NCBI GenBank assembly: GCA_965223855.1
Contig: CBDCXM010000003.1
Location: 96,028 to 160,027 of the forward strand
Origin: Candidatus Multivoradales bacterium
Lineage (GTDB): Bacteria > Acidobacteriota > Thermoanaerobaculia > Multivoradales > JAHEKO01
Reading direction: 5' to 3'
Length of the DNA: 64,000 nucleotides
This document shows positions 53,501 through 62,295 of the stretch, piece by piece. The notes beneath the pieces were generated by a model. It searched no databases. It was not told where the DNA came from and saw only the letters and a program-made list of their open reading frames with translations. A program made the position numbers and the translations under genes. Every line of letters starts with the position of its first letter. The stretch's first letter is position 1.

Positions 53501-55579
53501 GCTGTCTACTTTCAAGACTATGACGCGCTCGGTCTCCCGCGAGTCGTCGAGGGAGCTCGAAACCCCACGAACTGGGTCGAAGGCCGCTGGCAGGAGTACG
53601 ACTCTGCAGGTCGGCTCGTTTCGGTAAGCGCTCTCGCCGGCACCGAGACCAACCCCCAGCAAGGGGGCCTCCTCAAGGAGTTCAGGTACGCCACCTCGAA
53701 CGGGCTCAACAACCTCAAGCTCGGCAAGCTTGAGGAGTCGGTCCGCTACAACTCCGACTCCAGTTCGACTAGGGTGGAGCAGAGCTACATCTACTCCGGC
53801 CTGGGCGGCAGAGTCAGTCGGAGAGTCACCACTATCGCCGGTCAGCCTCGTTTCCGACTCCAGCAGACTTGGACGGAGTTCGGAGCACTCGACACTCTGA
53901 CCTACCCGTCCTGCATCGGCTGCGGTGGCACCGGAGCTCCGACGCGGACGCTCACCTTCGACTACTCCGTGGGCCGGCTCACCGGCATCGACGGTGGCTG
54001 GCTGGACAATGTCGTCTACCAGCCCAACGGTCTCGTCTCCGAGGTGCACCACGGCGGCAGCCTGCTCGTCGATCGATGGACAGCCGATCCTCACGACATG
54101 GCGCGGCCGGCACGCATCGTCACTCAGTGGGGTGGTGGCCCCACATACTTCGACACAGGCACCTACTCCTACGACGGGGCAGGCAACATCAAACAGATGG
54201 GGAGCGACGTCTTCGTCTACGACGAGGTCCAGCGGCTCGTCTCGGCCACTCTCCAGCAGGGCACCACCCAGCAGAGCTTCTCCTACGATGCCTACGGCCG
54301 TTTGTGGACGATCACGACGGACGGCAACAGCGTGAACGTCGATTGGATGCTCTCCGCCGACCACGATCGAGCCGGCAACCTTGAGAAGGTCGGGCCATGC
54401 AACCCTCCCAGCCAGCCCATCTGCACTCGGTTCGAGTTCGACCGCATGGAGAAGTTGTCTCGAAGCTGGGACGACTGGCCCGGAGCCGATCGTTCCTTCA
54501 CCTACATCTACGACGCCAACGACGAGCGGGTCATGCGAGTGGACAACTCGATCGGCGTTCCAGGTGCGGAGCCGCTCGACCGGTGGGAGGCGAGGGACCT
54601 GGGCGGCCGCCTGCTACGCACGTTCACCTACGATCAGGACACCCAAGTCGTCGACTGGGATCGCGACTTCATCTATCGCGGAAGCGCCCTCCTCGCCAAG
54701 GACCAGGCGGTCGGAGGGAGGATCCACGTTCATCTCGATCATCTGGGGACGACCCGACTCGAGACCGTCGATGGTGAGGTTCTTGCCTCCTACGCCTACT
54801 ACCCCTACGGCGACCCGATCCTGACCCGGCCCGACGACGGCGACCCGGCCTACACCGGGCACCAGAAGGACGACCGGGCAGCGGGCGGCCTGGCGAATCT
54901 GGGGGATCTGGACTACATGCACGCCCGGCACTACATGCCGGCCTGGGGGAGATTCCTGCAGTTGGATCCGGTGGAGACGGGGATTCCGGAGTTGCCTCAG
55001 AGTTGGGCGAGGTGGGCTTATGTCCGGGGGAATCCGTTGCGGTTTGTGGATCCGGATGGGATGGTTGTTCACGTTGCAGACGACGCTCAACGCCTCGTTC
55101 ACGAGGGGAAGTTGAGTGCTCGTTTTGAGGCCATCTTCGACGAACTCGATCGATACCCGTCAAGCCAAGTCGATCTGGAACTGAAGGTCTCGTCTGAAGA
55201 CGCGATACCAGGCACTCGAGCACATACGACGTTCACCCCAACCTACAACTCGCAGGGCAAACTCGTGGCTATCAAGGGGACGATCTACATCCCCGTCGCA
55301 ACGTCAGACAAATCGGTTCAGGCGGGACACGAGATGTCTCACAACTTGGAGATCATCAAGCACGGTAAGCATCCGAAGGATCTCCCAGGTGCGAGGGAAG
55401 TTTTCCCCGGGCACTATGAAACGGACCAGGCGATTCAAGATACGGCCACAATAAGAAGCGAGTTGGAGAATGCGACCGCAAGCGATATGAAGGCGGCCCG
55501 CCAGGCAGCCAAGCAGGCGAGAAAGGCCGCGAAGAAGGCTAGGAAGGCGGCAAAGAAGAAGCCTCCCTACCCAGAATGA
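50507..55579 (+). CDS. RHS/YD-repeat protein with signal peptide and C-terminal HExxH domain
   Basis: Signal peptide, INLFNGNL, YD repeats (YNYDALGRL, YSYDEAGRL), core DYMHARHY..GRFLQLDP, GNPLRFVDPDG, tip GHEMSH. Confidence 0.92.
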   Translation: MLTLPRTALRASFLSVALAALASPSLAQPESEIGARGFHADKVYNLSGVDSINLFNGNLTLAIPLGIEYPVSEKLSYQLHLSYNSAAWEYEDVDINGELYPLGIPLERSNAGLGWMVTLGKLEAPDGGNGALYGWNYISPDGGSHAFHPLLHDDDFGGVDDPGVWYTRDSTYLRLQQVGNEMIVEHGNGIVRVFNDFGPSGEPDWRLVKIHDLFVDGAGEPVNWVTIDYPPGLAEWVIDDSHGRQHKVVLEAGTVDLPTQKVQRIELTRFGGGNPALYVFNYDDNDQRYIDRGCRDRASDIDPQQYAPLVNVPLLQRIDMPEGETYEIPIDAGTTVAAITDDCQTDNATGTPERLVLPTGGEIAWDYQLYYFAEACEGFGPPLSVAPSGVATRTFHNLDGSSESWIYDQALTPEETWICDGPNGDEVPEVSETVVIQPDGSCTTSYFYARGGSQFYGLPVVSPEFDADGNFGRYELSSETYQTWADQGTPAQPWYHRYRCSGEPLRSEWLIYSDDYNTGGDRGRTGANRRLEGRATLFHDDQNGEGPYDSEWTVWLEGAGDDTNYDGLGNYRWSRKRSRDELASETVHLEINPSVGQYNPAGSNNNYAMIPATEPWLINNVLERHVQAGEFTAGGTQQAKVRYCYSPEGVVERERRYRRTNNQGDDNDLLSIFEYEDGLRVRHSYYGGDQELLTIGSSASETCEDDPTNTPQYEMVHENEHGVRRRSYWLDDLGQPLTWNAYEVDIDSSTGLPSASYDVSGFRTDYNYDALGRLLTATPEEGAKTRYKYDSFSSGPLATVPAKVSVSLLPAAFGGQYDYREYHYDGFGRLAVEKRKQPDQSLAVRETDYNARGWRVRQSEWGIGGPSPHDTEFENFDPFGRASRIVAPDGSVTTVDWTGIRLMERTEQVAMAGGEGDAITIEEYYVSGRLRKVTQNSGDLGQAWTTRYSYDEAGRLAQVLWEGGNQTREWDYDGRGFLKERIAPEYHVTSVFPWDNERAVYFQDYDALGLPRVVEGARNPTNWVEGRWQEYDSAGRLVSVSALAGTETNPQQGGLLKEFRYATSNGLNNLKLGKLEESVRYNSDSSSTRVEQSYIYSGLGGRVSRRVTTIAGQPRFRLQQTWTEFGALDTLTYPSCIGCGGTGAPTRTLTFDYSVGRLTGIDGGWLDNVVYQPNGLVSEVHHGGSLLVDRWTADPHDMARPARIVTQWGGGPTYFDTGTYSYDGAGNIKQMGSDVFVYDEVQRLVSATLQQGTTQQSFSYDAYGRLWTITTDGNSVNVDWMLSADHDRAGNLEKVGPCNPPSQPICTRFEFDRMEKLSRSWDDWPGADRSFTYIYDANDERVMRVDNSIGVPGAEPLDRWEARDLGGRLLRTFTYDQDTQVVDWDRDFIYRGSALLAKDQAVGGRIHVHLDHLGTTRLETVDGEVLASYAYYPYGDPILTRPDDGDPAYTGHQKDDRAAGGLANLGDLDYMHARHYMPAWGRFLQLDPVETGIPELPQSWARWAYVRGNPLRFVDPDGMVVHVADDAQRLVHEGKLSARFEAIFDELDRYPSSQVDLELKVSSEDAIPGTRAHTTFTPTYNSQGKLVAIKGTIYIPVATSDKSVQAGHEMSHNLEIIKHGKHPKDLPGAREVFPGHYETDQAIQDTATIRSELENATASDMKAARQAAKQARKAAKKARKAAKKKPPYPE

Positions 55580-56247
55580 GACCGAGGATCCGAATGCTCG
55601 AATCGAAGAGGCAGCTAAGCGCGGCTCTGCTGATAACGTGGGCTAGCGCGATGGTCTGCCCGGAGGACCTAAGGACTCAGGCGCCGCCTCCGTGCACCTC
55701 CCTGGCCGCTGCAAGCGAACGCGAGCTGCTCGCTTTTGGGATCCTGCGGAAGGCGATGGACTCCTGGCTCCAGGACTTGGGAGACCCTACTCTTGAGGTG
55801 TTCCTTCAGCCGGCCAACGGAGAAGGCGAATCGGTAACTGTCGTAGTGGAAGGCGACGGAGGCTTCGACTTCCACTACATGAAGCTCGGCGCACCGCTAT
55901 TCCAAGCTCGAGATCAGGCCATTAGCTCGGCCAGGCACGTTTCGCTTGCTCTTCCAGCGTCTACGGCAAAGGCCCTTGTGGACTTCACCCGCCAAGAAAT
56001 AGGGCGAGCTGGGTTCGCCACCAATCAGGTCTACTTCTCTCACAAGCCTACCTTCGATGTGGTCGACAGAGGGTCGGTTGACACACGTTGCATCCGCCTC
56101 GTCTCGGCAGACGACACTTTAGCCTACGTAGCCTGGACCGCAGTCGTCGGAGCGGCTGAGACCCTCCTCAATCCGGGGGTTGCCGGTGGCTGGTCGTTGC
56201 GTCGAGCAACGGCTCGAATCAACGAGATCGTCGCTCCCCCTCCCTAG
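55576..56247 (+). CDS. hypothetical protein, putative RHS immunity protein
   Basis: ATGA overlap with the RHS stop; atypical codon use like the toxin tip; hydrophobic N-terminal segment. Confidence 0.65.
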   Translation: MRPRIRMLESKRQLSAALLITWASAMVCPEDLRTQAPPPCTSLAAASERELLAFGILRKAMDSWLQDLGDPTLEVFLQPANGEGESVTVVVEGDGGFDFHYMKLGAPLFQARDQAISSARHVSLALPASTAKALVDFTRQEIGRAGFATNQVYFSHKPTFDVVDRGSVDTRCIRLVSADDTLAYVAWTAVVGAAETLLNPGVAGGWSLRRATARINEIVAPPP

Positions 56248-56515
56248 AGATGCCCCCCTCCCCCTCCTAGAGGTTCCAGGTGAGTAGGCACGCCCACTCC
56301 CGCCGCTGCTTTCTCCGCCCCTCTTCTGAGCGGCTCTCCTGCCCATTCGGCCTCCGCAGAGGCCCTCGGGCGGGTGAACGTCGCCCGTCAGCAACGGCTC
56401 GAAGCGCACGACGAGGCCCTTGGCGTGTCGCTCCTTCTGTCCAGGCAGGCCCAGGCGCACGAACTCGGCCTGAAGCGAAGTCACGGTAGACGATGGGCCG
56501 TTTGAAGTGCCTTGC

Positions 56516-57430
56516 CTAGCTCGGTGGGACAGGCGCCGGCTGATAACTCGGTGGTCGGAAGCAACCAAGCGGAAAGACGACATCGAGGCCCTTGCGGAAG
56601 TCGGCAGAGGCTGCGCGGTACTCGAGCACGAACCAGCGGTAACCCTCTTCGAGCGCCTGGCGCACGGCGGGCTCGATGGCGTGGAACCTCGGCGCAGGTG
56701 ACCGCTCGAACGATTCGGGACGATCGTGAGGGTGCTGCGCGAGGATCGCCCTTCGGCCGAGAACTGGTTTGCCGGTGGCTTCGTGCTCGAGTTCGATCTG
56801 CTTCACCATGCCTCGCACTCGCTCGCGGATCTCATCCTTCTCCAGGTGGTCCCAGCAAGGCAGTGGCGTGAGCTCGAGTGTGTGCTGCGACGAGAAGAGT
56901 CCGGCCGCCCTCGGCTCGCCTCGCCGGAACGCACGATATTGCTCGGAGCGATCGATCCACTCTCCCGACATCGTCTCTCCTGCAAGCAGCGCATGCGTGC
57001 TCGTGGCGCCGGGCCAGTGCCGCGGCGAGGCGACTAGACGCTCCTTGACTCCCTGCTCAAGCAGGTACCTTAGTCGCCCTTCCTCGGCTGCGGGCTCCTC
57101 GCTGACGTCGATGGCGGCATGGCGCCGGCCCCAGAACTTCTCCTTCCAGTCGTGGAGCCGCCCGACCTCCCTGGCGACGTTCGAGTTGGCGTAGGCCATG
57201 AAGTCGGCGAGCTGCTGCACGTTCTCAGGCCTCAGCAGCAGGTGCGCGTGGTTCGACATGTAGACGAACGCGCACACCCTCATCCCGGTTCGCGCCTGGG
57301 CCCTCGCAAGAATGCCGACGACGCGATCGCGGACTTTGTCGGAAGGTCTGAGCAGATATCCGCCGTGAACCGTCCGCACAGTGACCTCGACAAGCCTCTC
57401 CTCGGGCAGGTAGCGCAGCTTTCTAGACAT
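56516..57430 (-). mobile_element. RAYT/IS200-like HUH (Y1) transposase
   Basis: VEVTVRT, AFVYMSNHAHLLL (HUH), FWGRRH, RLRYLLEQGVKERLV..WPG (candidate catalytic Tyr). Confidence 0.85.
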
Positions 57431-57503
57431 CCACCCCAGCAGACGGAACCTGGCAGCCGCTTCTTGCACCATTCGCCTGGCACCCGGATAACATCCCGCC
57501 CGC

Positions 57504-58268
57504 ATGTTCCCCCTCCGCGACGACAACCCCACTCGCTCCACCCCTTACGTCACGTTCGCGATCGTCGCGGTGAACGTCTTCGCCTGGCTATTCGTCCAGC
57601 GGGCCGGCCTCGACGCGGCGTTCCTGCGCTCGCTGTGTGACCTGGCGGCGATTCCGGCGGACCTGAGCGGGCGGATCGGGCCGGGGACGACGATCGAACT
57701 CGGCGAGGGGATGGCGTGCGAGGTCGGCGGGCGTGGATGGCTGACGGTGCTGACGTCGATGTTTCTGCACGGAGGCTGGATGCACCTGATCGGCAACCTC
57801 TGGTTCCTGTGGATCTTCGGCAACAACATCGAAGACGCGATGGGACCGGTGCGGTTCATCGCCTTCTACCTCCTGACCGGCGTGCTGGCGACCGGCGCGC
57901 ACGTGCTCTCCGACCCGGCGAGCGCGGTGCCAACCGTAGGCGCATCAGGGGCGATCAGCGGTGTCATGGGCGCCTACCTGATCCTCTACCCGAAGGTCAG
58001 AGTGCAGACACTGTTCATCCTCTTCCTTTTCGTCCGGGTGTTCGCCCTGCCGGCATGGGTCGTTCTCGCGGAGTGGATCGTCATCCAGACATTCTCCGGC
58101 TTCGCCAGCCTCGGCTCGACGGGAGGCGGGGTCGCCTTCTGGGCGCACATCGGCGGCTTCGTCGCCGGGGCAGCTCTCATCAAACTGTTCGCGAAGCGGG
58201 AGCGGGTGACCCGCTTCCGCGACACCCGCCACGGCGTGCCGGCGCGCTGGCAGCGCTTCTCCCGCTGA
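57504..58268 (+). CDS. rhomboid intramembrane serine protease
   Basis: TSMFLHGGWMHLIGNLWFLWIFG, GASGAI, AHIGGF. Confidence 0.93.
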   Translation: MFPLRDDNPTRSTPYVTFAIVAVNVFAWLFVQRAGLDAAFLRSLCDLAAIPADLSGRIGPGTTIELGEGMACEVGGRGWLTVLTSMFLHGGWMHLIGNLWFLWIFGNNIEDAMGPVRFIAFYLLTGVLATGAHVLSDPASAVPTVGASGAISGVMGAYLILYPKVRVQTLFILFLFVRVFALPAWVVLAEWIVIQTFSGFASLGSTGGGVAFWAHIGGFVAGAALIKLFAKRERVTRFRDTRHGVPARWQRFSR

Positions 58269-58320
58269 GGCCCGCCTCATCGGCCGGAGTTCGGCGCCCT
58301 CTCGTCCTATCGCCAGCTGC

Positions 58321-58404
58321 TGCGGACACAGGTGCGGACACAGGTACCAGGTGAGTAGAGCAGCCGACCGGCTGCTGGCTGCCTGAGCAGGTGCCAGGTG
58401 AATG
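58321..58404 (+). repeat. cluster of short repeats (TGCGGACACAGG x2; AGGT[A/G]CCAGGTGA[G/A]T x2)
   Basis: Read directly from the sequence. Confidence 0.7.
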
Positions 58405-58429
58405 TTGGTGAGATAGGGTCGCGCTCGCT

Positions 58430-59884
58430 GTGCGTCGGTTGCCCGCGAAACGACCTCTCACGACTCGTCTCCTCGTCCTTCTCTGGGCGATGTGCGCGAC
58501 GTTGGGTTGCGGGACTTCCGACGAGAGAACGGCGGCCTCCCGCGACACCGGTCTCCCCCGCCCCGAACGCATCATCTTCGTCACCTTCGACACGGTGCGT
58601 GCCGACCATCTGTCGCATTTCGGCTACCCGCAGCCGACGAGCCCGTGGTTCGACTCGGTCGCCGACAAGGGGGTGTCGTTCCAGCGCGCCTACTCGCACT
58701 CGGCGACCACCAAACCGTCGCACGCCTCGATGTTCACCTCGCTCTACCCGCTCGAGCACGGCGTGGTGCGCAACGGCGACGTGCTCGGCGACTCGGTCGT
58801 CACCCTGCCGGAGCTGCTGCGGGACGCCGGTTTCCAGACTGCCGGCTTCGTCAGCACCGACGTGCCGCTCGCCGGCAATCTGAGCCAGGGGATCGAGCAC
58901 TGGGACCTCCCCGAGTGGACCGACCCGAACGCCAAGCGGTCGCTGTACCGTTTCGCCGAGGACACCGTCGATCTGGCCATCGGCTGGCTGGAAACCGCCG
59001 ATCCGGACCGCCCGCTCTTCCTCTGGGTACACGTCTACGATCCCCACAATCCGCTCCAGCCGCCGGCAGCGCACCAGCAGGAGCTGGCCGCGGCCGCAGA
59101 CGCGCTGGGCAAGAAGGAGTTCGTCCGCTTCCACCGCAGCCGCGACGTGCCGGCGCAGGCGCAGACGAACTACGACCGGATCGTCCGCTACAACGGCGAG
59201 ATCCGCTACGCCGACACAGAGGTTTCGCGCCTCGAGGGGGCTCTCGAGAGGCTCGGGATGGCGGACGACGCCCTGTGGATCCTCACCTCCGACCACGGCC
59301 AGGGCCTGGGTGCGCACGGCTGGTTCGGCCACTCGGTGCACATCTACAACGCCCAGCTCCACGTGCCGCTCGTCTTCTGGTTCAGCGACGGGTCGGTGCC
59401 GCCGCGCCGCATCGACGATCGGCTCGTCGAGCACGTCGATCTGCTGCCGACGATCGCCGAGCTGCTCGACCTCGACACGAGTGCGATCGGCGCGCCGATG
59501 CGCGGTCGCTCGCTGGTGCCGCTCCTGCGGGGCGACGAGGTCGCGCGGTCCCGCCGCTTCGCCTTCGCGCAGCGCAGCGAGTACGCCGACGCCACCCGCA
59601 GCCGCCAGGCCAAGGGTAACTACGAACCGGGCTCCCGTTACGCCCTGCAGACACTCGACTACAAGTACCTCTACTTCACCGAGGGGCCCGACGAGCTCTA
59701 TGACCTGCGCGAGGACCCGTACGAGCTCGCAGACCTGATCGACGATCCCGGGCACGCCGAGATCGCCGAGCAGTTCCGCTCCCAGGTCGAGAAGGTACTC
59801 TCCGAAGCCGCCACCGCGCCTTCGGCAGGCACCGTCTCCGAAGCCGAGATGGAGCGACTGCGCGATCTCGGCTACCTGCCCTAG
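58430..59884 (+). CDS. sulfatase-like hydrolase (lipoprotein)
   Basis: Lipobox TLG-C, DTVRADH, TKPSHASMFTSLYP, YDPH, TSDHG, ELYDL, LRDLGY. Confidence 0.87.
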   Translation: MRRLPAKRPLTTRLLVLLWAMCATLGCGTSDERTAASRDTGLPRPERIIFVTFDTVRADHLSHFGYPQPTSPWFDSVADKGVSFQRAYSHSATTKPSHASMFTSLYPLEHGVVRNGDVLGDSVVTLPELLRDAGFQTAGFVSTDVPLAGNLSQGIEHWDLPEWTDPNAKRSLYRFAEDTVDLAIGWLETADPDRPLFLWVHVYDPHNPLQPPAAHQQELAAAADALGKKEFVRFHRSRDVPAQAQTNYDRIVRYNGEIRYADTEVSRLEGALERLGMADDALWILTSDHGQGLGAHGWFGHSVHIYNAQLHVPLVFWFSDGSVPPRRIDDRLVEHVDLLPTIAELLDLDTSAIGAPMRGRSLVPLLRGDEVARSRRFAFAQRSEYADATRSRQAKGNYEPGSRYALQTLDYKYLYFTEGPDELYDLREDPYELADLIDDPGHAEIAEQFRSQVEKVLSEAATAPSAGTVSEAEMERLRDLGYLP

Positions 59885-60073
59885 AGATGGAGCGCGCCAC
59901 GGTAGGCGTCCCAACCGCGTGCTAGCATCTCGCCCTCGCAGTTGCTGAACCCACGAAGGAACTCACGGTCTAGCTGTTCGGATTTGGACGCCGCCCCCGA
60001 GGGCACTCTTCCGTCTCCCACCCGACTGCGTCCAGACCTGATTCCTCAGAGCCACCCCTGACAGGAGGTCCCC

Positions 60074-62215
60074 ATGAAGCTCAGAGTCTGCGCCCTGTTC
60101 GCGACCCTCGTGTGCGCGTCGATCCTGCCGGCGCTCGCCGTCAAGGAGATGCCGGAGCGCCCGCCGCGCCACGTGGTCGGCGGCTATGAAGCGGTCACTG
60201 TGATCCCCGATCTCGCCGGCGCCGAGAGCGACGGCGACGTGCGCGTCTGGCGCCATCAGATCTTCATCCCCGACGCGGTGTTCGTCCGCGCGCACCTCAT
60301 CAACGTCAACCTCCGCAAGGGAGACGAGCTGGTTCTGCGCTCGCGCACCGGCAAAGAGGTCGAGCGGATCGTCGGCCGGGGACCCAAGGACATGGGTACC
60401 TTCTGGGCGCTGTCGGCCTTCGGCGACACGCTCGATCTCGAGTTCCGCTTCAGCGGCGACTACCGGTGGACGCCGTTCCGGATCGACCAGGTGGCGGTCG
60501 GCGACGCCTCGATGCTCGAGTCCGCGTCAGGAGTCTTCTCGGATCGTTTCCCGCGCTTCAGCTCGCCCGGCCCGGATCTCACAGAGCGTCTGGAAGGCGG
60601 GCCCGAGAGCATCTGCCAACCACCCGACTTCGAGGACATCATCTGCTACCAGAGTGACGCCGGCAAGTGGGACAGCATGTTCGCGTCGGTCGGTCTCTCC
60701 AACGTGGGCGGCTCGCCGGGGTCGCTGTGGTGCTCCGGCACGAACCTGGATAGTCAGGGGAGGGTGTTGACGAACGAGCACTGCGTCAGTAATCAGAACG
60801 AGTGCAACAGTACCGAGTTCATCTTCAAGTACTACCACACGACCTGCGGCGGATCGGTCATCACCAGCGACTGGGAGGCCATTCGGTGCGACACGTTGCT
60901 AGCGCTGTCGCCGCTCAACGGCAACTGCGAGGCCAATCTGTCCCGGCTGGACTTCTCGCTTCACTCCGTCATGAGCGACACGAGTGCCTACGGCCATGTC
61001 GAGCCCGACCCGGTGCCTCTGACGAGCGGCGAGGGAATCTACATCGTTCAGCACCCGTCTGGCCGACCGCACGAAGTCACTCACGGGTCCGGGGCCGACG
61101 TTGAAGTGGATGGATTCAATCTGCGCTACTACGACACACTCGACACCGAGCCGGGCAGCTCGGGCTCACCGATCTTCAGAGAGGCAGACGACAAACTCGT
61201 CGGCCTCCACCATTGCGGCGGTTGCTCCAGCCCCGGCGTAGGGAACCGCGGCATGCTGATGTCGGACATCTACCCCGAGATTCAGCCCTTCCTCTGCCAG
61301 ACGGCGGCGACCATCACCGAGAACGGCTTCCAGGACGTGGTCGAGGTCAGCGGCAACGGCGACCCGGTGATCGACGGCGGCGAAACATGGGAGTTCCGTC
61401 CCGTGGTGCAGAACATCGCATGCTCGGAAGCCGCCACCGGCGTCACGGGCACCATGGCCGTCAGCGCCGGCTCGATTCCGGTCACCCTCACCGGCGCCAG
61501 TGTCAGCTTCGGCGACGTAGCGGCCGGCGACAGCGCGCCCTCGGCGGCAGGGGTCGAGTTCGAGGTTCCGGCCGGCCAGTGCGACGGCTCGATCATCCTC
61601 GACCTCAACAGCGTCGACGCCACCAACGGCGGCCCGTTCGGCGACTTCCCGGCAGTCTTCGAAGCGGTCGTCGGCGACTGGGCTCCCGAGGTTCTCGTCT
61701 ACGAGGACTTCTCCGAGGAGACCGAGCGGTGGGCGTTCGCCGGCTGGGAGCGCAAGAGCCCGATCGACAACATCGGCATGACCGTGCCGTTCGCGATGTT
61801 CGACTCGAACGTCACCGAGAGCGGCGCGAGCGGCCCGCTCGAGAGCCCCGCCGTCGACGCGAGCGGCTACCGCGACCTCGAGCTTCAGTTCACGCACGAC
61901 TTCCGCTGGTACGAAGGCGGCGGCGACGAGCGTGGCGACGTCGAGGTGCGCTCGAGCGCCACCAACGGTCTGTGGCAGACCGCCGCCAGCTTCTCGGGCG
62001 GTGACTTCAACGGCATCGAGCGGGTCGATCTCTCGAAGTTCCGCGGTTCCGACTTCCAGGTTCGCTTCGTCTACTCCGGTGGCGAGAGCGAATGGTGGTG
62101 GGCAATCGACGAGATCTTCGTGCTCGGCGACTCTCCCGAGGGCGATCCGTGCCCGCTCTTCGACGACGGCTTCGAGAGTGGTGACACCTCCGCCTGGAGC
62201 GATGTCATCCCCTGA
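60074..62215 (+). CDS. secreted trypsin-like serine protease with C-terminal beta-rich domains
   Basis: Signal peptide, TNEHC, DFSL, QHP, DTEPGSSGSP, VGLHH; C-terminal LFDDGFESGDTSAWS. Confidence 0.87.
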   Translation: MKLRVCALFATLVCASILPALAVKEMPERPPRHVVGGYEAVTVIPDLAGAESDGDVRVWRHQIFIPDAVFVRAHLINVNLRKGDELVLRSRTGKEVERIVGRGPKDMGTFWALSAFGDTLDLEFRFSGDYRWTPFRIDQVAVGDASMLESASGVFSDRFPRFSSPGPDLTERLEGGPESICQPPDFEDIICYQSDAGKWDSMFASVGLSNVGGSPGSLWCSGTNLDSQGRVLTNEHCVSNQNECNSTEFIFKYYHTTCGGSVITSDWEAIRCDTLLALSPLNGNCEANLSRLDFSLHSVMSDTSAYGHVEPDPVPLTSGEGIYIVQHPSGRPHEVTHGSGADVEVDGFNLRYYDTLDTEPGSSGSPIFREADDKLVGLHHCGGCSSPGVGNRGMLMSDIYPEIQPFLCQTAATITENGFQDVVEVSGNGDPVIDGGETWEFRPVVQNIACSEAATGVTGTMAVSAGSIPVTLTGASVSFGDVAAGDSAPSAAGVEFEVPAGQCDGSIILDLNSVDATNGGPFGDFPAVFEAVVGDWAPEVLVYEDFSEETERWAFAGWERKSPIDNIGMTVPFAMFDSNVTESGASGPLESPAVDASGYRDLELQFTHDFRWYEGGGDERGDVEVRSSATNGLWQTAASFSGGDFNGIERVDLSKFRGSDFQVRFVYSGGESEWWWAIDEIFVLGDSPEGDPCPLFDDGFESGDTSAWSDVIP

Positions 62216-62236
62216 GCCTCTCATCCAGCTCAGTTC

Positions 62237-62278
62237 CGGCCCGGGCCAGGCGGCAACGCCTCCCGGGCCGTTTTCTTT
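62237..62278 (+). terminator. intrinsic terminator
   Basis: CGGCCCGGG..AGGCG-GCAA-CGCCT-CCCGGGCCG followed by TTTTCTTT. Confidence 0.8.
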
Positions 62279-62295
62279 CCGGGTGCCTCGCTTCG

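Noticed and set aside
56119-56583. 154 aa minus-strand ORF or orphan RHS fragment
   Set aside because: Overlaps both neighbours, no RHS core or DPxG motif recognised
58321-58404. CRISPR array
   Set aside because: Repeats too short and few, irregular spacing, no cas genes in the window
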